Part shown: one piece after another, positions 55,587-64,000 of the stretch
How positions within the stretch are numbered: the first letter of the stretch is position 1
Layout of the letters: each line of letters starts with the position of its first letter
Assembly (NCBI GenBank): GCA_016184005.1
Contig: JACPDL010000003.1
Coordinates: 171,632 to 235,631 of the forward strand
Direction: 5' to 3'
Length of the DNA stretch: 64,000 nt
DNA from: Candidatus Aenigmatarchaeota archaeon
Lineage (GTDB): Archaea > Aenigmatarchaeota > Aenigmatarchaeia > GW2011-AR5
Program-made: the position numbers and the translations under genes
The notes under the pieces: generated by a model
What the model was told of the DNA's origin: nothing
Seen by the model: the letters and a program-made list of their open reading frames with translations, nothing else
The model's database searches: none

Positions 55587-57428
55587 CTAAGTCTTTCTCT
55601 TTTTGTGGTTAGTATGCTTGTGCTTTTGACCAAGCGTCTTGATAATGTACATTATCCCTATAGCAAGGATGCTTGCTACTACAAGCGGAATAAGCGCCCA
55701 TTCAAGCACCGTCGTGATTATCCAAGCGCTTATGCCAAGGAGCATGAGGCCGACTGCAAGCCTCATCTTGCCTTTGTGTTCGCGTCTCCAGCCTTCCATC
55801 TTTTTGTAACCTATGCCTTTGTATGCCATATAAATTATTACTATCAGGGGCAATACGAAAACCAAGTTGTAGAGCAGCAACAATAGAAGTGCATTATAGA
55901 ATTGTACACCTGACTGCGACATCAGCGTTATTATGGCAAGATATGGGGCGCCTGTGCATGGCAGTTCTATAAGGGTGACTATTGAACCAAACAAGAATGC
56001 GCTAAACAGGCTTGTATGGGATTTCTTTGCGCTGCTCTCGACAACGCCGACAAACCTTTTTGGGATTGCCAAGCTGAAACCCCGGCCGTACCAGAAATAA
56101 TCTTTTATCTCCAGGAAAGCTGCAAACAACACGAAAAATCCAATGATAACATAAAAGAGCTGGCTTAGCAATTGTATATCACGCACGGCGTTGAATACAG
56201 AAAGCAGCGTGACCCCGCCAACGAGGTATGTGGCATAGACTCCAAGTGTGTAGACAGAACCATTAACCAGAACAGCTCTTTTCTTTCTTGTTTTGAGAAG
56301 CACTGTGATCAAAAGCAGAAGTACGCCTATCACGCAGGGATTTATTGAGTCGATAAGTGCAAAGCCTACAATTATTGGAAGCGTGAGTTCCGGCGTGAGC
56401 TCTGCCGTAGCAGATTGTTTTTCAGGAGCCGTTTGAGGTGCAGCTTTTTCATCAAATATTATTGTTATTACGTCCCCGTCTTTCCATATGTAATCACGGA
56501 AATTTCCTGCAGGCTTCCCAAGTTCGTCCCTGTTCCAGTTCCTGCTCACGTACATCTTGACGCTGCCAGGCTGGCCGTTGCATGAATCACCTGCTTGCTT
56601 GTCAAGTATTCTACTGGAATCAAAATTTACTTCCATATTGTCAAAGAATGCTCCCAGCGTCAGCGGTGTTGTATCAAATATTTCTTTTGTTACCGGGTCA
56701 TATCTCAATCTTTCGTGGAAATGGATAAGGTTCTTTTCTTCATGCGTATGCGGCCCGTCTAACGGGCCTTCTTCTACAGGAAATCTGTAGCTTTCATCCC
56801 CGCAGACATCTATGTTCACCTCTGTGTGTATGTGGGCGCTCCAGTAGCATTCATCGGGTGTAATGCAGACCGTGACGCCTCTTTCCGCAGCGCCGCTTGT
56901 ATAAACAAAATACAGAGAATAAGAGATTGCAACAGCTGCGATCAAAACAGCAGCTACAATAAATGCTTTCTTTATTTTCTTTGTGTGATAAGCATAGTAT
57001 GCTGCAAGTATTACAGCCAGAATCGCAACAAGCTGGAAGTATTGTTCAACTTCAGGCGAAGATCCTTCCACGCTAACATCGAACGTCTGCCTTATTTCCC
57101 GGCCATCGCGGTTAAACTCAACATGGATTTCGTTCATGCCGGAGTACTTGAAAGCGTGCTTGATGAAATAATGCCCCGCGGTGCGTTCCTTGGCTTCTAT
57201 GCGCTCCGAGTATCCTTTATCATGCTTGTCTACGACAAAATAAACAGAAATCCCTGTAACAGCAGTATTGTTTTCCTGTATCTCTGCCTCTATAGCACTA
57301 GCATCTCCTTGGAATGCCTGAAGCGGCGTCAAATCAATATCGAATCCATCAGAACTTATTTCTCCTTCGTGCGCTATTGCAACCGGGAGCAGTAACAGGA
57401 TTATGAACAAGAGACTTGTTTTTCCCAT
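55587..57428 (-). CDS. Membrane protein with extracellular His-motif domain and C-terminal CcdA/DsbD-like TM domain
   Basis: AHEG after signal peptide; HIHTE, HTHEE, IHFH; DSINPC and ELPCTGAPY. Confidence 0.75.
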   Translation of the reverse strand: MGKTSLLFIILLLLPVAIAHEGEISSDGFDIDLTPLQAFQGDASAIEAEIQENNTAVTGISVYFVVDKHDKGYSERIEAKERTAGHYFIKHAFKYSGMNEIHVEFNRDGREIRQTFDVSVEGSSPEVEQYFQLVAILAVILAAYYAYHTKKIKKAFIVAAVLIAAVAISYSLYFVYTSGAAERGVTVCITPDECYWSAHIHTEVNIDVCGDESYRFPVEEGPLDGPHTHEEKNLIHFHERLRYDPVTKEIFDTTPLTLGAFFDNMEVNFDSSRILDKQAGDSCNGQPGSVKMYVSRNWNRDELGKPAGNFRDYIWKDGDVITIIFDEKAAPQTAPEKQSATAELTPELTLPIIVGFALIDSINPCVIGVLLLLITVLLKTRKKRAVLVNGSVYTLGVYATYLVGGVTLLSVFNAVRDIQLLSQLFYVIIGFFVLFAAFLEIKDYFWYGRGFSLAIPKRFVGVVESSAKKSHTSLFSAFLFGSIVTLIELPCTGAPYLAIITLMSQSGVQFYNALLLLLLYNLVFVLPLIVIIYMAYKGIGYKKMEGWRREHKGKMRLAVGLMLLGISAWIITTVLEWALIPLVVASILAIGIMYIIKTLGQKHKHTNHKKRKT

Positions 57429-57506
57429 GAAAGTTACCTGATTATCTATCTTAAAACCCGCTATAAATATGTTTTTCACAGGAATCCTTGCACAAATGGC
57501 TTTGAA

Positions 57507-59282
57507 TCACTTGAACAAGCCTGCTAGCCATCCAAGAATGCCCGCAAAGAAATCAACAATCGCATCAAGAAAGCCTTTTTTCCCGGCCTGTTGCACATCT
57601 ATATATGTTGTGTAGCTCGCAGCAGAGTCAGACAATACGAGCACCACGACGCTTCTTTTGCCTGTCTCTGCAGACAGGTTAAATCTTAATGCCCTGGTCT
57701 CACCGGGCTGAAAAGCAACACTTTGCTCCGATTTATCGTCGAGTTCGGCGCTTACCGCTGCCTGCTTGATTTTATTTTCAAGGTTTCTCACTGTAACGTT
57801 TACGATAAACGTACTGCCCATAGAGACGCCCTCTGGCAGGGCTACTGAGATATCGAATTCTTTCTTCTCAATCACCGACACGCTTTTCTGAGCCAATGCT
57901 CCATTTGAGTAAAGGTAGAATTTGTACACGCCCGGCTTGGCCAGGGAAAGCTGCCATGTCTTATCGTTGTGCCTGGTCAGGTTCGGCGAATAGAAAATGA
58001 AGTCATTGCCGGATTCCGCAGACAACGTGAACATTTCGTTCAATGACACGACATCAGGGCCTGATATCGAAACACCTGAAGGGCTCGACTGGCCTTTTAT
58101 TCGTACTACAGACCGGCTGCTTGCGCCTAACTGGTCAAAAACAGTCATTGGGCACGAATAAATGAAATGATCGTCAAGTTCATGCGGCGGGAAAAACCAG
58201 TAAATATCTTCAGCACCGCACTGCCACAGCTGCCTTTTGCTGTCGTAAACATTGACAAGGGACTTGTTATCGCTTCCTGCGCACGAGAGAGCCTCTATTT
58301 CTGTTATGGTGCAGCTCTGGGTGCCAACAGACGCCCTGATGAAACCTGACTCGTCAAGAGTCACGCCAGGCGTTTCCATGGATATTGTTGTTATATTTCC
58401 CAGCCTGTAATCGATTATTTCCACGTTGTCTTCATTTCTTTGCCATGATACAGATCCCGGGCCAAAATAAGTCAGCAGTTCTGTCTGGTTTGCGTCTATT
58501 CCATTGGCAGTTTTTATGTGGGTCGCGTCTACATAGCCGCCCTGAAGCCATGTGGGATCGAAAGGTATCCATGTGCCATCAGCAGCAAGCACTTCCACCC
58601 ATGTGTGGCCGATAAGCTTGTTCTGGACGCTGGAATAAGCATAGCCCACAATATACCTGTTAGGGATGCCTGATATCTTCAGCAAAGATGAAAGCAGGTT
58701 TGCATATTCTACACATACTCCCCTGCGGTTTGCAAGCACCCAGTCGCTTGGTTTCAATTGCCCGGCCAGATCAAGGTCGTAATCCACGTAATTGTTCACA
58801 AAAATAGTGAGCTCAGCGGCCTTTCTCAATGAATTCTCATATGGAAAAGCAATCTTTCGCATATCATCAGTGAATATAATTTGCTTGTTTTCCTTCAGAT
58901 ATTCAGGATTGCTTGACAGTTTTTTTTCAGATGCAACACCCTTTGCATTGCTGACAACGGTTGTTTCAACAATGTAATCCGCCTTTCCTGAAGGGTTTGT
59001 CCATTCCAGGCTAATCTGGTCATTGCCAGATTTATCCTTAACGGCCTTCCATGAGAATCCGTTTGCGCTTGAGGCAACGTTCCTTGATTCCACTCCTTCC
59101 TGGGGCGTGGACAGTATAACAGATGCAGATTTTACAGCACCTGAAGCCGAGATGTAGCCTGACTGGATTATCTTTACCTTCATGTAGCCTATCTGCTTCG
59201 GGTTAATATCCAGCCGACTGTCTTGTGCAAAAACCGGCACGCAAAGAAGCAAAATCAAAGCAACGAAAATCAATTTTTTCAT
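57507..59282 (-). CDS. Secreted transglutaminase-like domain protein
   Basis: GVCVEYA, HTWVEV, PFDPTW catalytic triad motifs. Confidence 0.88.
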   Translation of the reverse strand: MKKLIFVALILLLCVPVFAQDSRLDINPKQIGYMKVKIIQSGYISASGAVKSASVILSTPQEGVESRNVASSANGFSWKAVKDKSGNDQISLEWTNPSGKADYIVETTVVSNAKGVASEKKLSSNPEYLKENKQIIFTDDMRKIAFPYENSLRKAAELTIFVNNYVDYDLDLAGQLKPSDWVLANRRGVCVEYANLLSSLLKISGIPNRYIVGYAYSSVQNKLIGHTWVEVLAADGTWIPFDPTWLQGGYVDATHIKTANGIDANQTELLTYFGPGSVSWQRNEDNVEIIDYRLGNITTISMETPGVTLDESGFIRASVGTQSCTITEIEALSCAGSDNKSLVNVYDSKRQLWQCGAEDIYWFFPPHELDDHFIYSCPMTVFDQLGASSRSVVRIKGQSSPSGVSISGPDVVSLNEMFTLSAESGNDFIFYSPNLTRHNDKTWQLSLAKPGVYKFYLYSNGALAQKSVSVIEKKEFDISVALPEGVSMGSTFIVNVTVRNLENKIKQAAVSAELDDKSEQSVAFQPGETRALRFNLSAETGKRSVVVLVLSDSAASYTTYIDVQQAGKKGFLDAIVDFFAGILGWLAGLFK

Positions 59283-59360
59283 CTTATTCTATTTATGAGT
59301 TATATAAATAAAACACTGACTGAATAAAACTTATAAGGTTTCAAATGTTTATGGCTCTCG

Positions 59361-60227
59361 ATGCCAAGGATATTTGATGGAACAAGGCCTGCGAATGTTG
59401 TTGTCTTTTTCTCAGGCGGAGCAAGCTCAATGAGAGCGATGTTAGAAGATGAAAATCACGGCAGAACTTACACTGTAGTAGGAGCTTACACAGACAAAGA
59501 ACATGCAGAAGGCAGAAAACTTTGTGATGATGCTGGAATACCCCACGTTTATCGCGGCAGAAAAAAATTCTATGCAGAACGCGGGCTAGATCCTAAGCAA
59601 TGGGATTCCAGAAGGCGTTTCTACGATTATCTTTGCGGTGAACTTGCACAATTCAAGCCTGATATTATCTGCCTTTCAGGCTACATGCATATAGTTACAG
59701 ACCCGTTGCTGAATGAATATAGGCATAGTGTTCTCAATGTCCATCCTTCTGACCTGACAATACTAACAGGCGAACACCGTGAAAGAGTGAATGCCGCCTG
59801 CATGGATCAGGAAACTGCAGCAAGGCTCGCATGCGTCTATGGTGTCAAAAGAAAATTTACAGGAGCAAACGCTGTATATGATGCAGTGAACGCGGGAGAA
59901 CCTGAGACCAGGTCGACTGTACATATAGTTACTGAGGAACCTGACGGCGGCCCTATAGTCACACAATCAAGAGCTTTCAGGATACGGCCGAGCTGGAAAA
60001 CGCCGCTTATCGACCAGGAACAAGTCCAGAAATACGCAAATGGGTTGCAAAAACAGATGAAAGCAGGAGGAGACGGACCTGCTTATCTCAAAGCTTTGGA
60101 TCTTGTAGCAACAGGCAGGCTGTCTGTGATCGATACTTTTACGTTTATTGCTCACGAAGAGCTGAAAGTCAGAAAACTTTTAGATGGTGAAAAGGAGCTT
60201 CCTTATTCCGGCCTGAGACTAAGCTAA
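59361..60227 (+). CDS. purN: Phosphoribosylglycinamide formyltransferase-like protein
   Basis: VFFSGGAS, LSGYM, LNVHPS, STVH.V....DGGPI. Confidence 0.8.
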   Translation: MPRIFDGTRPANVVVFFSGGASSMRAMLEDENHGRTYTVVGAYTDKEHAEGRKLCDDAGIPHVYRGRKKFYAERGLDPKQWDSRRRFYDYLCGELAQFKPDIICLSGYMHIVTDPLLNEYRHSVLNVHPSDLTILTGEHRERVNAACMDQETAARLACVYGVKRKFTGANAVYDAVNAGEPETRSTVHIVTEEPDGGPIVTQSRAFRIRPSWKTPLIDQEQVQKYANGLQKQMKAGGDGPAYLKALDLVATGRLSVIDTFTFIAHEELKVRKLLDGEKELPYSGLRLS

Positions 60228-60282
60228 TCAATTCTCGCTTCTTTTAAAAAACTTCCCTCTATACTATGCAAAGTTCAATGAA

Positions 60283-60351
60283 AAAGAAAGGTCTTTGTCA
60301 GTTTCTTTGGGGTTTACAAAGACCTTTCTTTTGTAAAGAAAGGGATTTGTT
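60283..60351 (+). repeat. Family A element ending immediately before the rfcS ATG
   Basis: aaagaaaggtctttgtcagtttctttggggtttacaaagacctttcttttgtaaagaaagggatttgtt-ATG. Confidence 0.87.
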
Positions 60352-61302
60352 ATGGAAGAGATATGGACAGAAAAGTACAGGCCCAGATACCTCAAGGATC
60401 TTGCTGGCCAGCAGCATGTTGTGAAGCGGCTGGAGTCCTTTGTGAAGAACAAATCACTGCCTCACTGCCTCTTTGCCGGGCCCGCAGGCGTTGGAAAAAC
60501 CACTTGTGCATTATGCATTGCGCAGGAGTTCTTTGGCAATTCATGGAAGAGCAATTTTCTCGAGCTTAATGCATCAGATGAGCGCGGAATAGACACAATC
60601 AGAGTCAAGGTGAAGGATTTCGCAAGAACAATGCCAATAGGCGGCTCCTTCAAGATAATTTACCTGGACGAAGCAGATTCCCTGACAAAGGATGCCCAGC
60701 ATGCGCTGCGCAGGACCATGGAAAGTTATGCGGCCACGTGCAGGTTCATACTCGCCTGCAATTACAGCAGCAAAATAATACCGCCGATCCAAAGCAGGAC
60801 GGTTATTTTTCGCTTCCATCCTCTTGGCAAAGAGGACATGGAAAACTGCCTGAAAAAAATAGCAAAAGAAGAAAAGCTGAAAGCAGACGATGGCTCTTAC
60901 AAAGCTATACTGCATGTAGCTGAAGGCGACATGAGGAAGGCAATTAATATACTGCAGACATCCGCAGCACTGGACGGAAAGATAACGGAGAAGGAAGTCT
61001 TTGCAGCAACAAGCCATGCAGATCCGGAAAGGGTAAAGAGGATGCTTTCCCTTGCAATTGAAGGCAAATTCAAGGAAGCCAGAAAAGAGCTTACGTCACT
61101 GCTCTTCGAGGAAAGCCTTGCGGGCGAGGACGTGATCAAGGAGATATATTCACAAACAGTCAAGCTCGATATCGATGACAAGAAAAAACTCCAGCTTATT
61201 GAAAAGATCGGCGAATATGAATTTCGCCTGACAGAAGGCAGCAATGCCCAGATCCAGCTTGAGGCGCTGCTCGCGCAGATGGCGCTAGCGGGGAAGAACT
61301 AG
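60352..61302 (+). CDS. rfcS: Replication factor C small subunit (no intein)
   Basis: WTEKYRP, GPAGVGKT, LNASDERG, LDEAD, IQSR, GDMRKAIN. Confidence 0.96.
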   Translation: MEEIWTEKYRPRYLKDLAGQQHVVKRLESFVKNKSLPHCLFAGPAGVGKTTCALCIAQEFFGNSWKSNFLELNASDERGIDTIRVKVKDFARTMPIGGSFKIIYLDEADSLTKDAQHALRRTMESYAATCRFILACNYSSKIIPPIQSRTVIFRFHPLGKEDMENCLKKIAKEEKLKADDGSYKAILHVAEGDMRKAINILQTSAALDGKITEKEVFAATSHADPERVKRMLSLAIEGKFKEARKELTSLLFEESLAGEDVIKEIYSQTVKLDIDDKKKLQLIEKIGEYEFRLTEGSNAQIQLEALLAQMALAGKN

Positions 61303-61332
61303 TTCTTAATCAGTATTTTAATATTTTAATTA

Positions 61333-61375
61333 GAAGGGAGGGTTAATAAGGAAGGGAAACTAGTTTCCCACCTTA
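61333..61375. repeat. Family B-like element directly upstream of tRNA-Met
   Basis: gggagggttaataaggaagggaaac-ta-gtttcccacctta. Confidence 0.6.
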
Positions 61376-61376
61376 T

Positions 61377-61561
61377 GCCGAGGTAGTTCAGCGGTAGAAC
61401 GCCACGCTCATAAAGGCTTTTCTTTTAAAAAAGAAAACCCTGGAAAAGAAACAGAAATAAAAATTGGAAAGAAAACTTTCAAGAATTATGAGCTTTGAGA
61501 TGCTTTGCATCAGTGATAATGAGAAACGTGGAGGTCGTGAGTTCGAACCTCATCCTCGGCA
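61377..61561 (+). tRNA. tRNA-Met(CAT), elongator type, with a 113-nt intron at 37/38 (61413-61525)
   Basis: GCCGAGG/CCTCGGC-A; CCACG-CT CAT AA-CGTGG; helix CTCA/TGAG. Confidence 0.9.
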
Positions 61562-61635
61562 TTCTGATTGATAGAATTATCAGACAATCCTGCCGGACGC
61601 AGGATTGCCTTGATTATAAAAAGACATTAAAAAAC

Positions 61636-61845
61636 TTACTTTTCCGCCCCGACTACAATCTTCTCTTTTTCCAAAGGCACAGTTTTCTGGAGTTTTGTAG
61701 GCAGCACCCAATACATGCGCGAGAAGTCATAAATGAGGTTCTCGCCGTCAGTTGTTACTTCGCACATATCGAGAATTATTATCTTCATTCCAATGTCTAG
61801 CACTTCTTTCTCGAAGACCTTTTTCTTTATCTTCAGCATTCGCAT
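61636..61845 (-). CDS. Hypothetical protein
   Basis: 69 aa ORF preceded by AGGTG. Confidence 0.45.
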   Translation of the reverse strand: MRMLKIKKKVFEKEVLDIGMKIIILDMCEVTTDGENLIYDFSRMYWVLPTKLQKTVPLEKEKIVVGAEK

Positions 61846-62112
61846 CTTTCAGCACCTTTCAGGATCTTTCAGGAGGTATCGGAACCTTGGTTCTGATTAT
61901 TAAAGGAAATTGGCGGACGCGTAATACAGGCGAGAATCGCCTGTGGCCAAACTTGTTGACCTTCGTGAAACACAAAATTTGGACGTTGACGCTTTTCTCC
62001 TGTGCATCTTTTCGTCGTGCATTTGTGTTTTTCACCCGTCCGCCAATCCATTTTGGAACACAAATAAAAAATTCGTGCCCATGTGAAGCCCGAGTTCGCT
62101 GGCGATCACTAT

Positions 62113-62157
62113 AAAGAGGAAGAAACCAAGGTTTCTTCCCTCTACCCTTCTTCCTTC
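62113..62157. repeat. Family B element
   Basis: aagaggaagaaac-caag-gtttcttccctctacccttcttcc. Confidence 0.75.
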
Positions 62158-62240
62158 CCAGTGGATCTGCTTTTTTTCTGCCTGATGATGTTACCCTTTC
62201 CGTTAAGAAAGGGGAATTGATGATATGATGACAATAAATG

Positions 62241-62254
62241 AGGGAGTTTCCTCC
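62241..62254 (-). terminator. Short hairpin after ftsZ (possible terminator or stabiliser)
   Basis: GGGAG-GAAA-CTCCC just after the ftsZ stop. Confidence 0.3.
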
Positions 62255-62262
62255 CAAATTTC

Positions 62263-63291
62263 CTAAACAATGATCTCTATTCCAAGATCGTCTTTCTTGC
62301 TCTTTGGCACAGCGTAGTGTGGTACTGTTTTCCCAAGGATGTATGGCGATTTTACACCAGTTATGATGGTTATCACCTGTATCTTTCCTGAGAACTCAGG
62401 CACAACCCTTGCGCCCCACATGACGAGCGCCTCAGGGTCCATATGCTGTGATACCGCTTCCCCTATTGTGTTAATTTCTTCCAGCTTCATGTCTTCGCCG
62501 CCGATGATCTGTATCATGGCGCCTGTTGCACCGGAGTAATCAACGTCCAACAGCGGATGGTTCAGGGCTTTCTGAACAGCCTCCTTTGCACGGTACTGTG
62601 AGTCGCTCTCACCTACGCCTATCGTAGCAACGCCGCCGGATCGCATTATCGTTCTCACGTCTGCGTAATCCAGGTTTACCAGCGATGGCTGTGATATGGT
62701 TTCGGTTATGCCCTTAATCATCGTCGCAATCAAGCCGTCTGAGACGCCAAAGGCCTCTTTTAGTGGCCTGTTGCCAGCAAGTTCTACGAGCTTCTGGTTC
62801 TCTATTACGATAACCGTGTCGCAGACCTCACGAAGCTTTGCAAGGCCTTCTTCAGCCTTGATTATCCTTGCGCCTTCTATCTTGAACGGAAGCGTCACTG
62901 CAGCTATTACAATGGCTCCCATTTCCTTAGCAAGGTAAGCAACCACAGGCGCAGCGCCTGTGCCTGTACCGCCGCCGAGACCGCACGTAATGAACAACAG
63001 ATCGACTCCCTGAAGAACCTGTCTGATGTCATTCTTGCTCTCCTCCGCAGCTTTCTTGCCAACGTCCGGATAGCCGCCCGCGCCAAGACCGCGCGTGAGT
63101 TCTCTGCCGAGAAGAATCTGCTTGCCGGCTTTTGTCACCGAAAGGTGCTTTGCATCCGTGTTTGCAGCAACCGTAGCTGCACCGGTAATTCCCATTTCTG
63201 TGAGGCGATTAACAGTATTGCAGCCGCCTCCGCCGCAGCCCATCACTACAATGTGGGCCTGTTCCACCTGAAAGTTGTCTAAATCCTGCAT
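62263..63291 (-). CDS. ftsZ: Cell division protein FtsZ
   Basis: GCGGGGCN, NTD, GLGAGG, GGGTGTG, NLDYADV. Confidence 0.97.
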   Translation of the reverse strand: MQDLDNFQVEQAHIVVMGCGGGGCNTVNRLTEMGITGAATVAANTDAKHLSVTKAGKQILLGRELTRGLGAGGYPDVGKKAAEESKNDIRQVLQGVDLLFITCGLGGGTGTGAAPVVAYLAKEMGAIVIAAVTLPFKIEGARIIKAEEGLAKLREVCDTVIVIENQKLVELAGNRPLKEAFGVSDGLIATMIKGITETISQPSLVNLDYADVRTIMRSGGVATIGVGESDSQYRAKEAVQKALNHPLLDVDYSGATGAMIQIIGGEDMKLEEINTIGEAVSQHMDPEALVMWGARVVPEFSGKIQVITIITGVKSPYILGKTVPHYAVPKSKKDDLGIEIIV

Positions 63292-63749
63292 TTATTATCC
63301 CTCCAAATTTTTTTCGCGAAATTTTGTTGCGCATTATTTTCTTCGTTTTTTACAATCTATACGATGCCCAATAGAAAACCTTAATATAGAGGTTCCCTAT
63401 ACAACATCTACTTCAGAAAAAGACCAACCAACTGAGTGTAACTCCGAGTTCGTGAAGAACTCGGTGCTTTACTCTTTTTACAGTCCCTTAAATACTTTTT
63501 TATAAGCGGGTATATGTGTTCAAAAAATTACACGACAACCCACATTTCTCAAAAAACAACAGCTGGTTGTGTTCCGCCATCAAAAGGATACAACTTATAT
63601 GGAACCTGTGGGTATTTTTGGCTTACACCGGGGGTTTCAGTCGCTATTTTCCTTCCCAAGAACCACATCCACAACTTCACGATACTTCTTGCTGTTGTGT
63701 TTTTTCATCTTTCTTGCTCGGGAGATTTTATCCGCAACATTGCTTAAAA

Positions 63750-63833
63750 CTGCTGTCTTTTCTGCAAAGGATTTCTTCAAAATCCTTTGAGAAATCCAAA
63801 TCAAGCTTTGCTTGATTTAGGATTAGACAGCAG
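63750..63833. repeat. Two-hairpin module enclosed by a 9-bp inverted repeat
   Basis: ctgctgtct...agacagcag flanks; a related tctgcaaagga hairpin recurs at about 63936-63967. Confidence 0.6.
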
Positions 63834-64000
63834 ATACAAGGAAGAACAGAGTTCTTCCTGTACAGGTGAAACTTGTTTCACCATGTATTACATAAACAAT
63901 GTTGGGATGACATGCTCTCAGAAACCCACGACTTTTCTGCAAAGGACTTCAGAAAAGTCCTTTTGCATAGAAAATCTGTAGGATTTTCTAATGAATTTAG

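Noticed and set aside
61377..61561. Initiator tRNA-Met or tRNA-Ile2
   Set aside because: G1:C72 pair and no three consecutive G:C pairs in the anticodon stem argue against initiator; GCCGAGG acceptor fits elongator Met better than Ile2
62080..62260. RNase P RNA or C/D box sRNA downstream of ftsZ
   Set aside because: GAGGAAACTCC is explained by a local hairpin; no matching 3' conserved region or properly ordered C/D boxes found
61560..62260. secE or spt5 expected downstream of ftsZ
   Set aside because: No reading frame shows SecE or Spt5 motifs

Overview
Archaeal genomic segment; gene content and the many ORFans are consistent with a DPANN-type lineage (inference). It carries the full minus-strand S10/spc ribosomal-protein cluster (L3 to secY), interrupted by about 11 unrelated genes, plus valS, aRF1 with an intein at the GGQ motif, rfcS, ftsZ, purE/purC/purN/guaA, cmk, NAD kinase, two toxin-antitoxin pairs, several surface proteins, and a low-GC island after tRNA-Ala that ends in a Cas1-like remnant. 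All five tRNA genes are disrupted: Gly(TCC) and Ala(GGC) have two introns each, Ala(CGC) and Met(CAT) one each, and Ile(GAT) appears circularly permuted, with the 3' half upstream of the 5' half and a BHB-like junction. The most striking unexplained signal is a set of small, modular, nested palindromic elements. They form tRNA introns, sit exactly against start or stop codons, insert in frame into proteins, and occur as empty/filled site pairs within the window. All calls were made by eye; no database searches were run.
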